Positions 61,764-64,000 of a stretch of DNA of 64,000 nt are shown here, piece by piece. Below the pieces are notes generated by a model. The model did no database searches, was not told the DNA's origin, and worked only from the letters and a program-made list of their open reading frames with translations. The position numbers and the translations under genes are program-made. The stretch is from Acidobacteriota bacterium (GTDB lineage: Bacteria > Acidobacteriota > UBA6911 > RPQK01 > JAJDTT01), in NCBI GenBank assembly GCA_965263035.1, contig OZ253580.1, positions 5,536,001-5,600,000 of the forward strand. The letters run 5' to 3'. Numbering within the stretch: the stretch's first letter is position 1; each line of letters opens with the position of its first letter.

Positions 61764-62225
61764 TTACTCCGCCAGTTCCCGGTCCAGCATCTTGCGGTGT
61801 TTGGCGGACAGGGACCGGCTCCGGCGGCGGGTCTTGGACCCCGGCTCGGGCTCTTTCGTGTTCTTGAGGAAGACGACGACCACCACGCCCCCGAAAGTCA
61901 GGACGACGAAGGGGAGGACCCAGGCCAACAGATTGAATCCCTCGGGTTTGGGAGCCCCGTAGATCTTGGGACCAAACTCTTTTTCGTATTTCGCAAAGAC
62001 CTGCTCCTCCGTCATCCCGCTGGCCAGCAACTGCTGGATGTGGGCTCTGATCTGTGGAGCCGGGCCGCACTCGTCTCCGCAGTCCCCTACCAGGTGGGGG
62101 CAGTCGCAGAGGCACTTCATGTTCGATTCGATCCGCTTCAGGGTTTCCTCATCGGCGCCCAACGCGCCGGAGACGGCAAGAGCGAGATAGGAGGGGAGAA
62201 GGAGTCTGACCAGCATTGACGGCAT
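61764..62225 (-). CDS. ccmH: CcmH/NrfF-like cytochrome c biogenesis protein
   Basis: Signal peptide, Cys-rich MKCLCDC..C...C, G.TEEQV..YEKEFG, APKPEGFNLLAWVLP TM segment. Confidence 0.7.
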   Translation of the reverse strand: MPSMLVRLLLPSYLALAVSGALGADEETLKRIESNMKCLCDCPHLVGDCGDECGPAPQIRAHIQQLLASGMTEEQVFAKYEKEFGPKIYGAPKPEGFNLLAWVLPFVVLTFGGVVVVVFLKNTKEPEPGSKTRRRSRSLSAKHRKMLDRELAE

Positions 62226-62323
62226 TGTATACGAAGGGTTCGCGAACTGCTCTCCGGCGTGGCCCGATGCAGACCCCGACTTGCGCCGGCCGGAGAATTG
62301 CGCCATCTTGCCGGATGACGACC

Positions 62324-63277
62324 ATGCCGCGAATCCTGACCGTTGCCGCAGCCCAGTCCGGCCCCGTCTCCCGCTCCGAGACCCGGGCAGACGTGGTCGA
62401 ACGCCTGCTCTCGCAGATGCGGGAGGCGAGCCGCCTCGGTTGCGACCTGGTGGTCTTCACGGAAGTGGCCCTGACGGCATTCTTCGCCCACTGGTACATG
62501 GAAGACCAGGATGAGATCGATGCCTGGTTCGAGCGGGAGATGCCGGGACCCGAGACCCGGAGACTGTTCGACGAGGCCAAAGAGCTGGGCATCGGGTTCC
62601 ACCTGGGTTACGCCGAGTTGACCCGCGAGGAAGGGCGGACGCGCCGTTTCAACACGTCCATACTGGTGGGCAAGGACGGCCGGATCATCGGCAAGTACCG
62701 GAAGATCCACCTGCCCGGGCACGCCGAGCACCAGCCCGGAGACCGGTACCAGAACCTGGAGAAGTACTATTTCGATCGGGGAAACCTGGGGTTTCGAACC
62801 TGGCGGGCCTTTGGAGGGGTGGTGGGCCTGTGCACCTGCTACGATCGCCGCTGGCCGGAGACCTACCGGGTGCTGGCGTTGCGCGGCGCCGAGTTGATTC
62901 TGTTGGGATACAACACCCCCGACTCCTGGCCCGACCGTCCCGGGAAGGCGCCGTTGGCCCGGTTTCACAACCTGCTCTGCATGCAGGCGGGCGCCTACCA
63001 GAACGGCGTCTGGGTGGTGGGAGTCGCCAAGGCCGGCGTCGAAGCGGGTGTGAGCCAGATCGGCCAGAGCTGCATCATCTCTCCGAGGGGAGAAATCGAA
63101 GCCATGGCAACCACCCTGGAGGACGAACTGGTGGTGGCCCAATGCGACCTGGAACAGACCACCAGGTACAGAAAGCACGCCCTCAACTTCGATGAGAACC
63201 GGAGCATCCGGGACTATGGCCCGATCACCGAGGGAGCGGGAGCCGTATCTCCGGAAGGATCCCTCGACACGACCTGA
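62324..63277 (+). CDS. Nitrilase-family N-carbamoyl-D-amino-acid amidohydrolase-like protein
   Basis: E-K-C triad (FTEVAL, YRKIHLPGH, CYDRRWPE); LGYNTP, QAGAYQNG. Confidence 0.85.
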   Translation: MPRILTVAAAQSGPVSRSETRADVVERLLSQMREASRLGCDLVVFTEVALTAFFAHWYMEDQDEIDAWFEREMPGPETRRLFDEAKELGIGFHLGYAELTREEGRTRRFNTSILVGKDGRIIGKYRKIHLPGHAEHQPGDRYQNLEKYYFDRGNLGFRTWRAFGGVVGLCTCYDRRWPETYRVLALRGAELILLGYNTPDSWPDRPGKAPLARFHNLLCMQAGAYQNGVWVVGVAKAGVEAGVSQIGQSCIISPRGEIEAMATTLEDELVVAQCDLEQTTRYRKHALNFDENRSIRDYGPITEGAGAVSPEGSLDTT

Positions 63278-63314
63278 GGCCGGACCTTCCCTTCCGCACT
63301 GGCGAGACGATGCC

Positions 63315-64000
63315 ATGAGCTCATTCCTGTTTCTCTTCTGGGGACTCTTCCTGGTCCTGAACGAACCCGTCGCCGCGTCCGGCGCCGAACCGGTCCGTCT
63401 GGACCGCAACGAACTGCTCCAATATCGCGATTCCCAGGGAAGAATCCGACCGGTCGAGACGGTCGCGGACTGGGAACGGCGCCGAGCCGAGATCGTGCGG
63501 GGGATGCAGGAGGTGATGGGTGAGATGCCCGGCGAGGATCGTCGCGTCCCCTTGGAACTTCGGGTCGTGGAGGAGGTCGATCGCGGGACCTACGTCCGGC
63601 GCCTCATCACCTACCAGTCCGAACCGGAGTCGCGCACACCGGCCTACCTCTGCATTCCCAAGGAGGTGCTGGCGGGAAAGCGGCGGGCCCCGGCGGTGCT
63701 CTGCCTGCACGGGACCAACATGGAAGTGGGACACAAGGTCGTCGTCGAACCGGGGTCCCGGCGTGGACGCGCCTACGCCAAGGAGCTGGCCGAGCGGGGT
63801 TACGTCACCCTTTCGCCCGCCTATCCTCACATGGCCAACTACTGGCCTAATCTGGGAGCCCTCGGCTATGTGAGCGGCACCATGAAGGCCATCTGGGACA
63901 ACTCCCGCGGCCTGGACCTGCTGGCCTCGCTGCCCTACGTGGACGCCACACCGGGGTTCGCCGCAATCGGCCAGTCGTTGGGCGGGCACAATGCCATCTA
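63315..64000 (+). CDS. Secreted alpha/beta-hydrolase (dienelactone hydrolase/esterase-like), truncated by the window end
   Basis: Manual translation: signal peptide, PAVLCLHG, YAKELAERGYV, IGQSLGGHNA GxSxG motif. Confidence 0.75.
   Translation, partial: MSSFLFLFWGLFLVLNEPVAASGAEPVRLDRNELLQYRDSQGRIRPVETVADWERRRAEIVRGMQEVMGEMPGEDRRVPLELRVVEEVDRGTYVRRLITYQSEPESRTPAYLCIPKEVLAGKRRAPAVLCLHGTNMEVGHKVVVEPGSRRGRAYAKELAERGYVTLSPAYPHMANYWPNLGALGYVSGTMKAIWDNSRGLDLLASLPYVDATPGFAAIGQSLGGHNAI

Overview
GC-rich bacterial window; gene content suggests an Acidobacteriota-like, possibly host-associated organism (inference). About 60 kb of accessory DNA lies between two convergent genes: a heme c (CxxCH) protein ending at 758 and an alpha/beta-hydrolase ending at 60553. 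(1) 0.9-9.4 kb: nested mobile elements. A group II intron sits in the terminal IR of an IS1380, a second IS1380 sits in the intron's last bases, and an IS5/ISNCY-like IS splits a hypothetical gene. (2) 9.9-12.3 kb: plasmid-like remnant with a mobC-like fragment, a methyltransferase, a dif-like site and a tyrosine recombinase. (3) 12.3-22.9 kb, the most unusual region: about 14 co-oriented copies of a ~25-bp imperfect palindrome (GAGAAGGGGAC-A-GTCACCTyyTCTC) punctuate a cassette-like array of unrelated genes. Several copies sit at the breakpoints of diverged 3'-end duplicates of local genes, suggesting a REP-like cassette capture/integration system. (4) 22.9-60 kb: TonB-dependent receptor, a 6634-aa surface protein and a frameshifted paralog of ~3600 aa, both with a shared C-terminal domain and a duplicated upstream regulatory block, and a fused GAF-PAS-HK-REC-wHTH regulator. 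(5) 60.5-64 kb: hydrolase, CcmH-like protein, D-carbamoylase-like nitrilase and a partial esterase. No rRNA, tRNA or CRISPR array was recognised. All family calls come from motif recognition by eye, not database searches.
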